Origin: an uncultured Methanosarcinales archaeon
Lineage (GTDB): Archaea; Nanobdellota; Nanobdellia; Woesearchaeales; CAZOXR01
Assembly: GCA_964566535.1 (NCBI GenBank)
Contig: CAZMIO010000005.1
Coordinates: 3,271-67,270 of the forward strand
Reading direction: 5' to 3'
DNA: 64,000 nt
Notes under the pieces: model-generated
The model's database searches: none
Told to the model about the DNA's origin: nothing
Seen by the model: only the letters and a program-made list of their open reading frames with translations
Program-made: the position numbers and the translations under genes
In this document: piece after piece, positions 21,041 through 30,236 of the stretch
How the letters are laid out: each line of letters starts with the position of its first letter
Numbering within the stretch: position 1 is the stretch's first letter

Positions 21041-21814
21041 TTATTTCATTTTTGGAGCAGGACCCTGCCATAGCTTACTTTCTAGGAAAATATAGTATAA
21101 CAACCAACCGATTATTCCTATTAGTAATGCTCCTGCTATTGCTAACCAAACGTTTTCTATGAAGTAGAGTAATGCTGCTGCTGAGATTATTGAGATGAAT
21201 GAGAACGCAAAAAGCATCCTACTTCCATAGAATACTCTTGAGCCATCTAGTGGAGGGATTGGCAGCATGGTCCAGATTGCTAATGATATGTTTAGTACTA
21301 TTAGTTTATTGATTAAGGGGCTGTTTAATGATGAGTTTATTAATTTGAATATTATTACTAAAAGTATGTTTGAGATTGGTGCGAAAAGAGAAACTACTCC
21401 TGCTGCAAAATAATTTAATCCGTATCTGTACCAACCAATTCTGTGACCAGCTATGTGGTGGATAATAATTCCTCCTGGAAGAAGAAACCAGAGTCTTCCG
21501 TTTGAGACAAAGGCAAAGATTAATCCAATCAGTAAGCCCCAAGTCCACATTTTGTATTCTGCTCTGAAACCTATGTTTAATGCTCCGATTCTGTGTGCTG
21601 ATTCTCTGACTATGAACGTTAGTGATACTAAGAGGGTTGCGTTGAAAAAGTTTAGAAGTCCAACGCCTACGTTTACTTCAGACCCTGTTCCCCATTCATT
21701 GAAGGATATGATAAATGCTATAATTAATATGGAGATTATTATACCCTTTAGTTCAGAAGGACTGAATTTATAGTACTTTTTTATCTTAGCTTTTAGATTA
21801 GTAACTTCACTCAT
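21041..21814 (-). CDS. Peptidase M50 (site-2 protease)-like membrane protein with altered zinc motif
   Basis: RESAH where HExxH is expected; FAAG...APISN; MLPIPPLDG. Confidence 0.75.
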   Translation of the reverse strand: MSEVTNLKAKIKKYYKFSPSELKGIIISILIIAFIISFNEWGTGSEVNVGVGLLNFFNATLLVSLTFIVRESAHRIGALNIGFRAEYKMWTWGLLIGLIFAFVSNGRLWFLLPGGIIIHHIAGHRIGWYRYGLNYFAAGVVSLFAPISNILLVIIFKLINSSLNSPLINKLIVLNISLAIWTMLPIPPLDGSRVFYGSRMLFAFSFISIISAAALLYFIENVWLAIAGALLIGIIGWLLYYIFLESKLWQGPAPKMK

Positions 21815-21863
21815 TTTTAAGTTAATATGGAGAATTAGAATATATAAAACTATTGGTTTGAAT

Positions 21864-22553
21864 TTAGTTAAATGAGAAGGTGTATGAGATCTTATTGTCT
21901 TTGATTAACTTTGTTATGCCTTCTTCATGGCCCGCTCCAAGGATTGCTAGGATTTTTTTATCTGGATGTTGGTCCATGAGTTTTTGTAGGTTGGCTGCCA
22001 TTACTCTGTTTCTTTCTGAGATTAAGACTTTGTAGATATTAGGGTAACGTTCTTTTACTTGATTGATTAATTTTTTTATTACTTTCTTGTCAGGGACTTT
22101 TGTTAAGTCAAATTCTAACTTTTTTCTTTTGAAGGGTGCTGATACTATGTCTACTAAGAAATTCCATCTTTCTTTCCATGATAGTGTTTCTGAAAATCTT
22201 TTTAGGGTCTTTTCTATGTCTCTGTCTATTAGTGCGATTTTTGAATTATGTTTTTTTGCTAATCTGACTGCTTTTTTCATTTCTGAACCGGGTGAGACTC
22301 CTACGTATTCTCCCAGTTTTTTTTCTGCCCACGCTCCAATTAGAGCAAAAACGTATCCTTTTAGTCCAATCCTTCTAATGCTTGAAATTGATATTCTTTC
22401 TTTCTTTTTTTGGAATAGGGCTTGTAGCCTGTTTTTATCTAGTTCTATCGCTACTATGTCTGGTTTGTTTGTTTCTATTTCTTCTTTCACTTCATCCAGG
22501 CTTTGTTTTGCTATGTGTGATGTACCTATGATGGTTAAGTTCTTGTATTTCAT
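21864..22553 (-). CDS. TraB/PrgY/GumN family protein
   Basis: IIGTSHIA, PDIVAIELD, PGSEM, LIDRDI, LISERNRVMA, ILGAGHEEGI. Confidence 0.92.
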   Translation of the reverse strand: MKYKNLTIIGTSHIAKQSLDEVKEEIETNKPDIVAIELDKNRLQALFQKKKERISISSIRRIGLKGYVFALIGAWAEKKLGEYVGVSPGSEMKKAVRLAKKHNSKIALIDRDIEKTLKRFSETLSWKERWNFLVDIVSAPFKRKKLEFDLTKVPDKKVIKKLINQVKERYPNIYKVLISERNRVMAANLQKLMDQHPDKKILAILGAGHEEGITKLIKDNKISYTFSFN

Positions 22554-22652
22554 GATGATAATTGGGATGGTTTACTATTAAAAAACCTTCCTATAAAATG
22601 GATAATTTTATATAGCTGGATGTTTATATATAACTAAAAAAAGGTGATAGAT

Positions 22653-22847
22653 ATGATGAAAGATATGAATATAGCTCCACTTTCAGCTGGTTTTATTCTT
22701 ACGAGTATAGTTGGATTTTTGGTTTCGATAATTTATGTGTATCCCTTAAGTGTTAATTGGGGATTTACGTTTACGTTGTTTTTCTTTTTAATGTTTGTTG
22801 CAGCTATGATATCCCTTACTTATAGTCCTGCGCTGCCTAAGTATTGA
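22653..22847 (+). CDS. Small 2-TM membrane protein
   Basis: AGGTGA SD and tttatata upstream; two hydrophobic helices. Confidence 0.65.
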   Translation: MMKDMNIAPLSAGFILTSIVGFLVSIIYVYPLSVNWGFTFTLFFFLMFVAAMISLTYSPALPKY

Positions 22848-22896
22848 GAATAAACGGATAAGTTATTTAGTTTAAGTTGATATAAAATAGAACTAA

Positions 22897-22998
22897 CTAT
22901 CTCTTTGCTCTCTTTCTCTTCTCTTTCTTCATCCTTTTACGCTGCCATTTCCATCTCATCTGGCCTTTCTTTTTCCAGCGTCTTGAGCTTCTTTTCAT
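22897..22998 (-). CDS. rpl41e: Ribosomal protein eL41/eS32 (33 aa; absent from ORF track)
   Basis: MKRSSRRWKKKGQMRWKWQRKRMKKEKRKRAKR; contains the family MRxKW motif and the KRSSRRWKKKG extension of the Methanococcales form; TATA (tttatata) upstream. Confidence 0.85.
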   Translation of the reverse strand: MKRSSRRWKKKGQMRWKWQRKRMKKEKRKRAKR

Positions 22999-23063
22999 TG
23001 GATTTTAGGTTTTTAAAGAGGTATATAAAGGTTTTTGTTTGTAATGGGTTTTTTAGAATATTG

Positions 23064-24038
23064 TTAGCGTCTGTACGTTTCTGGGCCTAGGTTTAATTTG
23101 GTGTCTTGCCATGAAGGGTTTAATGTTTCTTCGTGTCCTTTTACTTGTACTAGTCCCATTAATAGGATTGCTTTTTCTACTTGGTTAGGTTTTCTAGGAT
23201 TTTGGTCTTCTGGAGTTTGGATGAGGACGTTCCTTTCTAATCTTCTGTAGAAATCTAATGCTAATTCTGTAGGTGTTGCGAATGGATTCATATCCCAAGG
23301 TACTGGGTTTTTGTCACCCTGGTAGTGTTCGGCTATTGCTAGATATGCAGCTACTTCATGAGCGCAGATATCGACAATGTTGGTTGGTTCTGTCTCAGTT
23401 CCGTGTCTTATTTTATATCTTGAGGCCTCACAAATATGGTCTGTTGCAATACATGAGGCTAGATCTAATTGAGGTTTTGAATCTGATATTGGAACGTGAT
23501 CAACCCTCATACTGTATCTTGGATGTCCTTTTGTCCTTGAAGGGAGTGTTACGACTAAAGTTGCTCCATTGATTGGGACGGCACCCGAATCACCATAGTC
23601 ACGTTCTACTTCTATAGGAGATCCATCGATTGTATTGTCCTTAGGTGGATGTGCATAATGGAATATTCTAGCTCCTTCTAGACAGTCAATTATACTTACT
23701 CTTCTTGGTCTCCCGTCTGCTCCTATTGTAGGAGTATAAGAATAACCTAAATGTGCATCCTTGCCAGTTAAGTCATTAACTGCTTTTTCTCTTAGTTGAG
23801 CTGGAGTTATTATGCCATCTGAAGTGTCTCCATTAGAAATGGTTACGACTGGACCATATTTTTTGAATGTATTTGGACCTTTGAATCTTTTTGGAACCAA
23901 GTCATATTGAATAACTAGTGCTTCTTCTGGTTGTAAATCTAGAATTCCACCTATGAAACCTGAATCTGTATGTGTTAGGTCTAATTCTTTTATTTTAGCT
24001 GCTGTTGGTTCTGTGAAAAAACCTTTCTTTTTTGCCAT
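23064..24038 (-). CDS. Hypothetical protein with SWIM-like zinc motif
   Basis: Likely start MAKKKG at 24038 (tttaaata ~24 nt upstream); DHIC...DICAHEVAA. Confidence 0.7.
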   Translation of the reverse strand: MAKKKGFFTEPTAAKIKELDLTHTDSGFIGGILDLQPEEALVIQYDLVPKRFKGPNTFKKYGPVVTISNGDTSDGIITPAQLREKAVNDLTGKDAHLGYSYTPTIGADGRPRRVSIIDCLEGARIFHYAHPPKDNTIDGSPIEVERDYGDSGAVPINGATLVVTLPSRTKGHPRYSMRVDHVPISDSKPQLDLASCIATDHICEASRYKIRHGTETEPTNIVDICAHEVAAYLAIAEHYQGDKNPVPWDMNPFATPTELALDFYRRLERNVLIQTPEDQNPRKPNQVEKAILLMGLVQVKGHEETLNPSWQDTKLNLGPETYRR

Positions 24039-24117
24039 ATAAAATGGGATGCTTTTATGGTATTTAAACATATTGGAATGAAAAAATATTAATAACAATG
24101 TTGGTTTTTGGCTTTTT

Positions 24118-25065
24118 ATGAAAGCTTTAGTTACTGGTGGATCTGGGTTTATTGGGTCTAATTTGGCTCTTGAACTTGAGAGACAGGGTCATGAAGTTGT
24201 TGTAGTTGATAGTCTGTTTACTGGGACGAAGGATAACCTTGTTGGATTTAAGGGGAAGTTTATGGAGATTGACGTGTCGAAAATGCAAAGCATTTTTGAG
24301 CATGCTCAGAAATCTTCGATTTCTGACATTTCTAAGCCGTTTGAGATTGATGGAGAGTTTGATGTGGTGTATCACCAGGCAGCCATAACTGATCCCAGAT
24401 TTGGGGATGATGAGGAGATGGCGAGGGCCAATGTTGAGGGTTTTAAGAATATGATTGGGTTTGCTGAGAAGAATAATGCTAAGTTAGTTTATGCTTCATC
24501 TGCAAGTTTGTATGGGAACGGTCCTGTTCCGATGAAAGAGGATCAGGAGAAGGAGCTATTGAGTGCGTATGCAAAATCTAAGCTTGCTATGGATGAGCTT
24601 GCTGTTGGTTATTTTGATAAGATGCATATTGTTGGACTTAGGTATTTTAATGTGTTTGGTCCGCGTGAGGCTTTTAAAGGTAGACCTGCAAGTATGATAT
24701 ATCATTTAGCCAGGCAGATGAAGGATGGGAAGAGACCTAGGATATTTAAGATGGGGGAGCAGAAACGTGATCATATTTATGTGAAGGATGTTGTTAATGC
24801 TACGATAATGGCTGCTAGTGACTCTGCTAAGAGTGGTGTTTATAATGTTGGTACTGGTATTGGGACTAGTTTTAATGAGTTGGTTAGGGTGTTGAACGAA
24901 GTGTTAGGGACTGATCTAATGCCAGAGTATTTTGATAATCCTTATGATGATGAGACGTATCAGAGTGATACTCAAGCTGATATGTCTAATGCTTTTGAGG
25001 GGTTGGGTTTTAAGGCTGAGTATTCTATTAAAGATGGTGTTTCTGAGTATAGGGACAAAATATAA
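24118..25065 (+). CDS. hldD: ADP-L-glycero-D-manno-heptose 6-epimerase
   Basis: VTGGSGFIGSNL, HQAA, VYASSASLYG, YAKSK, LRYFNVFGPRE..KG..ASMIYH, RDHIYVKDV, YQSDTQAD. Confidence 0.88.
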   Translation: MKALVTGGSGFIGSNLALELERQGHEVVVVDSLFTGTKDNLVGFKGKFMEIDVSKMQSIFEHAQKSSISDISKPFEIDGEFDVVYHQAAITDPRFGDDEEMARANVEGFKNMIGFAEKNNAKLVYASSASLYGNGPVPMKEDQEKELLSAYAKSKLAMDELAVGYFDKMHIVGLRYFNVFGPREAFKGRPASMIYHLARQMKDGKRPRIFKMGEQKRDHIYVKDVVNATIMAASDSAKSGVYNVGTGIGTSFNELVRVLNEVLGTDLMPEYFDNPYDDETYQSDTQADMSNAFEGLGFKAEYSIKDGVSEYRDKI

Positions 25066-25092
25066 ATACGGCTAAAAAACACTTTTTCTTAT

Positions 25093-26073
25093 ATGAATAA
25101 GGGGTTAATTGGTTTAGTTGAGAAATTTAAGGAAAAAAGAATTCTGGTTATAGGAGATATTATGCTAGACAAATATATCAGAGGTAATGTTAAGAGGATT
25201 AGTCCGGAAGCTCCTGTTCAAGTTGTTAGTGTTGAGAAGGAAGATTATGCTCCTGGTGGTGCTGCTAATGTTGCAACTAATATAACTGGATTAGGGGCAG
25301 GGGCCTTGATTATTGGTTTTGTTGGTGATGATGAGACAAAAGATGTTTTGTTAAGTGAGCTGAAGAAGAGAGAGATATTTACTGAAGGGGTTGTTGTTGA
25401 TAATAAGAGGCCGACTATTCAGAAGGTACGGGTTCTTGGGCAGAACCAGCAGTTATTAAGGTTTGATTATGAAAAAAATGGTGGTGGAGACGAGTTAGTG
25501 GAGGAAGAGCTCATTAAGAACATTAAGGAATTGGTCAAGGGAGTCGATGCTGTTATTATTTCTGATTATAACAAGGGAGTTATTACTCAAAAGACGATTG
25601 ATGTGTTGAGTAAGATTGTGAAGGAAGAGGGTAAGATTGTGGTTGTTGATCCTAAGCCGAAGAATCTCAAATTTTATAATGGGTTTAGTCTTATAACTCC
25701 TAATTACAATGAAGCTGTAATGATGGCTAATTTGACCGGGGAAGCAAGTGAGGATATAGAGAAGGTTGGAAAGGGATTACTTAATGAGTTAGGCTCTACG
25801 CTTCTTGTTACACAAGGAGAGAAAGGGATGAGTTTATTTGAGAGTGAGGGGAAGATTACCCATATTCCTACGAAGGCTAAGGAAGTTTATGATGTTACTG
25901 GTGCTGGGGATACTGTTGTTGCCGTTTTGACACTTGCATTGTGTTCTGGTGCCTCCATGAAACAAGCTGCCATTATTGCTAATCATGCTGCAGGTGTTGT
26001 TGTTGGTAAGGTTGGAACTTCTACTGTTACAGTTGAGGAGATAGGACAGAGCCTAGGTACTGAAAATGAATAA
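25093..26073 (+). CDS. hldA: D-glycero-beta-D-manno-heptose-7-phosphate kinase (HldE kinase domain/RfaE-I)
   Basis: GDIMLDKY..G.V.RISPEAPV, PGGAANVA, SDYNKG, VDPK, TPN, DVTGAGDT. Confidence 0.93.
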   Translation: MNKGLIGLVEKFKEKRILVIGDIMLDKYIRGNVKRISPEAPVQVVSVEKEDYAPGGAANVATNITGLGAGALIIGFVGDDETKDVLLSELKKREIFTEGVVVDNKRPTIQKVRVLGQNQQLLRFDYEKNGGGDELVEEELIKNIKELVKGVDAVIISDYNKGVITQKTIDVLSKIVKEEGKIVVVDPKPKNLKFYNGFSLITPNYNEAVMMANLTGEASEDIEKVGKGLLNELGSTLLVTQGEKGMSLFESEGKITHIPTKAKEVYDVTGAGDTVVAVLTLALCSGASMKQAAIIANHAAGVVVGKVGTSTVTVEEIGQSLGTENE

Positions 26074-26599
26074 GGCAGTTTTTCTGGATAGGGATGGTAC
26101 ATTGAATCATGATGATGGGTATACTTACAAGACTGAGGATTTTAAATTAATGCCCGGTGTGATTGAGGCTCTTAATCTGCTGAAAGGTGAATTTGTTTTC
26201 TTTATTGTGACGAATCAGTCTGGTGTTGGGAGAGAGTATTATAGCTTAGATGATGTCCATAAGTATAATGATAAGATGATTATTGAGTTGAGTGGAGAGG
26301 GGATTGAGATAAAGAAGATATATATTTGCCCACATGGTCCTGATGATGGGTGTGATTGTAGGAAGCCTAGTACAAAGTATGTTCTTGATGCTGCTAAGGA
26401 ATTTGATATTGACCTTGCTAAGTCTTTTGTTATTGGAGATCATCCATGTGACGTTGAGATGGGTAAACGGGCTGGTTGTAGGTCAGTGTATCTGCTTTCT
26501 GGACATGGTGAGAAGCACATTGGCGAAGGAGTTAATGCTGATTTTATTGCAAAAGGGATGTTAGAAGCTGCTGAGTGGATTAAAGATGTCAAGGGTTGA
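26066..26599 (+). CDS. gmhB: D-glycero-D-manno-heptose 1,7-bisphosphate phosphatase
   Basis: FLDRDGTLN, VTNQSG, CPH...CDCRKP, IGD. Confidence 0.92.
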   Translation: MNKAVFLDRDGTLNHDDGYTYKTEDFKLMPGVIEALNLLKGEFVFFIVTNQSGVGREYYSLDDVHKYNDKMIIELSGEGIEIKKIYICPHGPDDGCDCRKPSTKYVLDAAKEFDIDLAKSFVIGDHPCDVEMGKRAGCRSVYLLSGHGEKHIGEGVNADFIAKGMLEAAEWIKDVKG

Positions 26600-27167
26600 G
26601 GCTAATAGGCAGGCAATTCACATAATTGTTGCGTTGTTTGCTTTCTTTTTGAAATTTTTTGATAAGTGGCAGATCTTGTTGGTTGCAGGTGTTGCTTTAG
26701 TGTTTAATCTGTTGGTGATCCCACATTTGGGGATTAAGAAGTATCTTTTTAGAGAGTATGAGCAGAGGGGTTTGATGTCTAAGGGGTTTGTGTCTTACGC
26801 GCTTTCTATGATAATATTGTTCTTGTTCTTCCCAATTGAGATTGGATCAGTTGCTATTGGGATTCTTGGCTTTGGTGATGGCTTTTCTAGCATGTTTGGG
26901 ATAAGCTATGGTAAGAGGAAACTTCATTGGAATGAGAAGAAGAGTTATGTTGGGTTTGTTAGTTTTGTGGTTGTTTCGTTTATGGTCTCTTTGGTGCTGA
27001 TGGTTTGGAATGGTTTTGATATTGGCCTTTTTACGATGGTGATTTTCTCTTTTATTGTAGCTTTTATTGGAGGGATTGTGGAGAGTTTGGCATGGAAAGT
27101 GGATGATAATTTGAGTGTGCCTATTGTTTGTGCTTTAGTTTTACAGATTTTGATAATATTTATATAA
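26586..27167 (+). CDS. SEC59/VTE5-type (dolichol/phytol kinase, cytidylyltransferase superfamily) membrane protein
   Basis: RQAIH, GDGFSSMFG..YG, KKSYVG, VES, DDNLSVP. Confidence 0.82.
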   Translation: MSRVEANRQAIHIIVALFAFFLKFFDKWQILLVAGVALVFNLLVIPHLGIKKYLFREYEQRGLMSKGFVSYALSMIILFLFFPIEIGSVAIGILGFGDGFSSMFGISYGKRKLHWNEKKSYVGFVSFVVVSFMVSLVLMVWNGFDIGLFTMVIFSFIVAFIGGIVESLAWKVDDNLSVPIVCALVLQILIIFI

Positions 27168-27188
27168 CTAGTTTGGTTGCTGGTTCAT

Positions 27189-27659
27189 ATGGGAAATAAG
27201 ATTATTGAGTTTGATTCGATTGGAGGAGTTTGTGATAGACTTCGGAATGAAGGGAAGAAGATAGTTATGTGTAATGGTAGTTTTGATATCCTTCATGCTG
27301 GACATATTAAGTTTTTGACTGAGGCTAAGGGGCAAGGGGATGTTTTAGTTGTTGGTTTGAATTCAGATTCTTCTATTAAAAAATATAAAAGTGAAGATAG
27401 GCCGATTAATAAGGAAGGAGATAGGGCTTTTGTTTTAGCTGCTCTTTTTGTTGTTGATTATGTTGTTGTGTTTTCTGATGTTAATCCTATAAAGTTGCTT
27501 GAGGTTGTGAAACCTTCAGTTTTTGTGAATGGGGTTGAGTACGGTGAGGATTGTGTTGAATCTGAAGTGGTTAAGAAGTTTGGTGGTCGAGTTCATTTGG
27601 TTGAGAACTATAAGGGGTTGTCTAGTACTAAGATCATTGAAGGGATGAAGAAGGAGTAG
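27189..27659 (+). CDS. hldC: Heptose-1-phosphate adenylyltransferase (HldE domain II)
   Basis: NGSFDILHAGH, VVGLNSDSS, RPI...R, KG.EY equivalent (NGVEY), GLSSTKII. Confidence 0.9.
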   Translation: MGNKIIEFDSIGGVCDRLRNEGKKIVMCNGSFDILHAGHIKFLTEAKGQGDVLVVGLNSDSSIKKYKSEDRPINKEGDRAFVLAALFVVDYVVVFSDVNPIKLLEVVKPSVFVNGVEYGEDCVESEVVKKFGGRVHLVENYKGLSSTKIIEGMKKE

Positions 27660-27676
27660 GGATTGAGGGTGTCAAG

Positions 27677-28729
27677 GTGAAGATTCTAATAATAAAGTTA
27701 GGTGCGATTGGAGATGTTGTTAGGACGACTTCTTTCTTGGAAGGGTTGAAGGGGAAGTATCCTGGATGTCAAATTGATTGGGTTACGTCTAAAGGTTCTG
27801 CTGATATGTTGAAGGGTAACGGTATGATTGATAATGTTTTTTTGGTTGGTGAAAATGTGGTTGATGGAGAGTATGATCTTGTTATTTCTTTAGATGATGA
27901 GGATGAGGCGCTTCGTATTGCTACTGATGTTAAGAAAGAGAAATTGGTTGGCGGATATTTTGATGGAGATGGGGAGAAGAAGTATACAGATGACTCTGCT
28001 AAATGGTTTGATATGGGACTTACATCTCGGTTTGGCAAGGAGAGGGCAGATGAGATGAAGAAGGAGAACGGTCGGACTTATCAATTGATTATTGCAGAGA
28101 TGCTTGGGATTGAGGTTAAGGATATGGTGCTTAATCTTAGTGATGATGAGACCCGGTTTGGAAAGGGGTTTTCTGAGCGGAAGGGTTTTGGTGGTGTTGG
28201 TGGAGACGACTGTGCAAGGGAAAGTCATGGGCTTGTTATTGGTCTGAATACTGGGGCTGGGAAGAGGTGGCCTCTTAAGAAGTTAGATGTTTCTAAGACA
28301 ATCTCGCTGGCCGATAGGTTAGTTGAGGAAATGGGTGCTAAAGTCATGTTATTTGGTGGGCCTGAGGAGGAGGAGAGGAATTCTCGGATTCTTGAGGGAG
28401 TTAAATTGGATGTTAGGGATAGTGTTATTGATGCTGGTTGTAATAATAGTCTTAGGGAGTTTTCTGCTCTTGTGAATCTTTGTGATGTAGTGGTTGTTAG
28501 TGATAGTCTTGCTATGCATATTGCGATTGCGCTGAAGAAGAAAGTGGTGGTGTTTTTTGGTCCTACGTCTGCTGCTGAGATTGAACTTTATGGTCGTGGG
28601 AAGAAGGTTGTTGCTCGGAATGAATGTGCGTGTTGTTATAGGAAGGAGTGTGATGTTAGCCCTAGTTGTATGGATGATATTACTGTTGATGAGTTGTTTG
28701 AAGGGGTTAGAGGAGTTATTGGAAGTTAA
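27677..28729 (+). CDS. Glycosyltransferase family 9 (heptosyltransferase-like)
   Basis: ILIIKLGAIGDVVRT, GKRWP, DSLAMHIAIAL, FFGPT, C-terminal CACCYRKEC...CM. Confidence 0.9.
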   Translation: MKILIIKLGAIGDVVRTTSFLEGLKGKYPGCQIDWVTSKGSADMLKGNGMIDNVFLVGENVVDGEYDLVISLDDEDEALRIATDVKKEKLVGGYFDGDGEKKYTDDSAKWFDMGLTSRFGKERADEMKKENGRTYQLIIAEMLGIEVKDMVLNLSDDETRFGKGFSERKGFGGVGGDDCARESHGLVIGLNTGAGKRWPLKKLDVSKTISLADRLVEEMGAKVMLFGGPEEEERNSRILEGVKLDVRDSVIDAGCNNSLREFSALVNLCDVVVVSDSLAMHIAIALKKKVVVFFGPTSAAEIELYGRGKKVVARNECACCYRKECDVSPSCMDDITVDELFEGVRGVIGS

Positions 28730-29223
28730 AGATCCCAGACAGCATAATAATATCGTTTAAAGAATAGTTTTTTCTCAAAAGAAGGTTCTCCTAGATTTGC
28801 TTTAAGGGCTTTTGGAGTAATTGCCCAAAGATGTGTTTTTTCCCAAGTGAGGAAACGGAATAGGGTGAAGAATGGTTCGTAGGGGACTGAGATTATTAAT
28901 TGGTTTTTTGCTACTCTTTTTAATTCGCTTATTGCTTTTACTGGGTCTTTTGTGTGTTCTAAAACTTCTAGGCACAGTGTGATGTCGAATGAGTTGTCTT
29001 TGTAAGTAAGGTTTTCGATTGACTGCTTTTGGATTTCTTTCTTTCTTGGTTCTAGGTCTACTGATGTTACTTCATAGCCCATCTTTTTTAGATTGTTTGA
29101 GAAGAAAAGGTCATAACAACCTATGTCTAGAATGGATTTTGAATTTTTGTTGATGGTTTTTTTTACCCAGTTCCACCTGTAGTTACGTATGAGATTGTAG
29201 AGTTTTCTTTTGATTGTTGTCAT
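28726..29223 (-). CDS. Class I SAM-dependent methyltransferase
   Basis: ILDIGC, SVDL, FDITLCLEVLEH. Confidence 0.88.
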   Translation of the reverse strand: MTTIKRKLYNLIRNYRWNWVKKTINKNSKSILDIGCYDLFFSNNLKKMGYEVTSVDLEPRKKEIQKQSIENLTYKDNSFDITLCLEVLEHTKDPVKAISELKRVAKNQLIISVPYEPFFTLFRFLTWEKTHLWAITPKALKANLGEPSFEKKLFFKRYYYAVWDL

Positions 29224-29235
29224 TTTGTTGTTGGG

Positions 29236-30228
29236 TTAGTAGTATTTGAAATTTTTAAAACTTTCAATTATTGTTGCAGGGTCTAGGTTGAATGTCTGGT
29301 TGAAGTCTTCGAATCCGAAATGTGCGCAGTCATTGCAGAAGTTATTTTTCTCTACTTTTTTCATGCAGTTGACGATTGGTTCGTTAAAGCAGTTTGCATC
29401 TTTTGGACTTTGCAAGCAGCAAGGATAGACCCATCCATCTACGTCTATGAGGATAAGATTTTTTCCGCAATATTTGTTTTTTCGTTTTTTTATCTCTTCT
29501 ATCTTGAACAGTTTTGGATTTGTTTTTGACCATCTTGCAAACTTGTCAAGGGCCTTATTTGAAATTATTAGGTTAATTCTTTTTTTCATCGATTTTAGTC
29601 TTTTTATTAAGGAATTGTAGTCAGTTATTGTCAGGTTGTCCGGGTAATTGAATCCAGTGTCGTATAGGATGTTTATTTTGAGAGGGATATTGAATCTTTT
29701 GCAGAGGTTTTCAATAAAATCAAGCTGTTGTATTCCTGGCTGAGTGATTGTTGTGTTTATCCTGAGGTTCTTCTTGTGTTTTTTTAGTAACTCTACATTA
29801 TTGATGATGTTTTCGCTTCCTTTTATTTGTTTTAATTTATTGTTGAATTCTGGATCTCCATCTAAGCTTAATACTATGGTGTCTACTTTTTTTAGAGTTT
29901 CTAGCTTATCTTTAATTAACAGTCCGTTTGTTGTAACTCTTACTTTGATGTCTTTGTTTTTTATGTAATCTACAATTTCGTCAATGTCTGGTCTGACTAA
30001 TGGTTCTCCGCCACCTAATGATATCTCTATACAGCCTAACGAGTTTAGCTCGTCTATGATACTTTTTAGTTTTGGAAGTGGCATGTCATTTGTTTGGCTA
30101 GAAGGAAACGAGCCATAACAATAAACGCAATTTGCATTACACCTATGAGTAATAAGAATTTCTGCTAATAAAGGTACAAACTTACCTCTTGATTTCATAA
30201 TCTTAACTACTTTTGTAAGCTTATTCAT
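29236..30228 (-). CDS. Radical SAM protein with SPASM/twitch-like C-terminus
   Basis: CNANCVYC, GGGEP, TTNG, YCG...DGWVYPCC, CNDC. Confidence 0.92.
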   Translation of the reverse strand: MNKLTKVVKIMKSRGKFVPLLAEILITHRCNANCVYCYGSFPSSQTNDMPLPKLKSIIDELNSLGCIEISLGGGEPLVRPDIDEIVDYIKNKDIKVRVTTNGLLIKDKLETLKKVDTIVLSLDGDPEFNNKLKQIKGSENIINNVELLKKHKKNLRINTTITQPGIQQLDFIENLCKRFNIPLKINILYDTGFNYPDNLTITDYNSLIKRLKSMKKRINLIISNKALDKFARWSKTNPKLFKIEEIKKRKNKYCGKNLILIDVDGWVYPCCLQSPKDANCFNEPIVNCMKKVEKNNFCNDCAHFGFEDFNQTFNLDPATIIESFKNFKYY

Positions 30229-30236
30229 TTTCGAAC

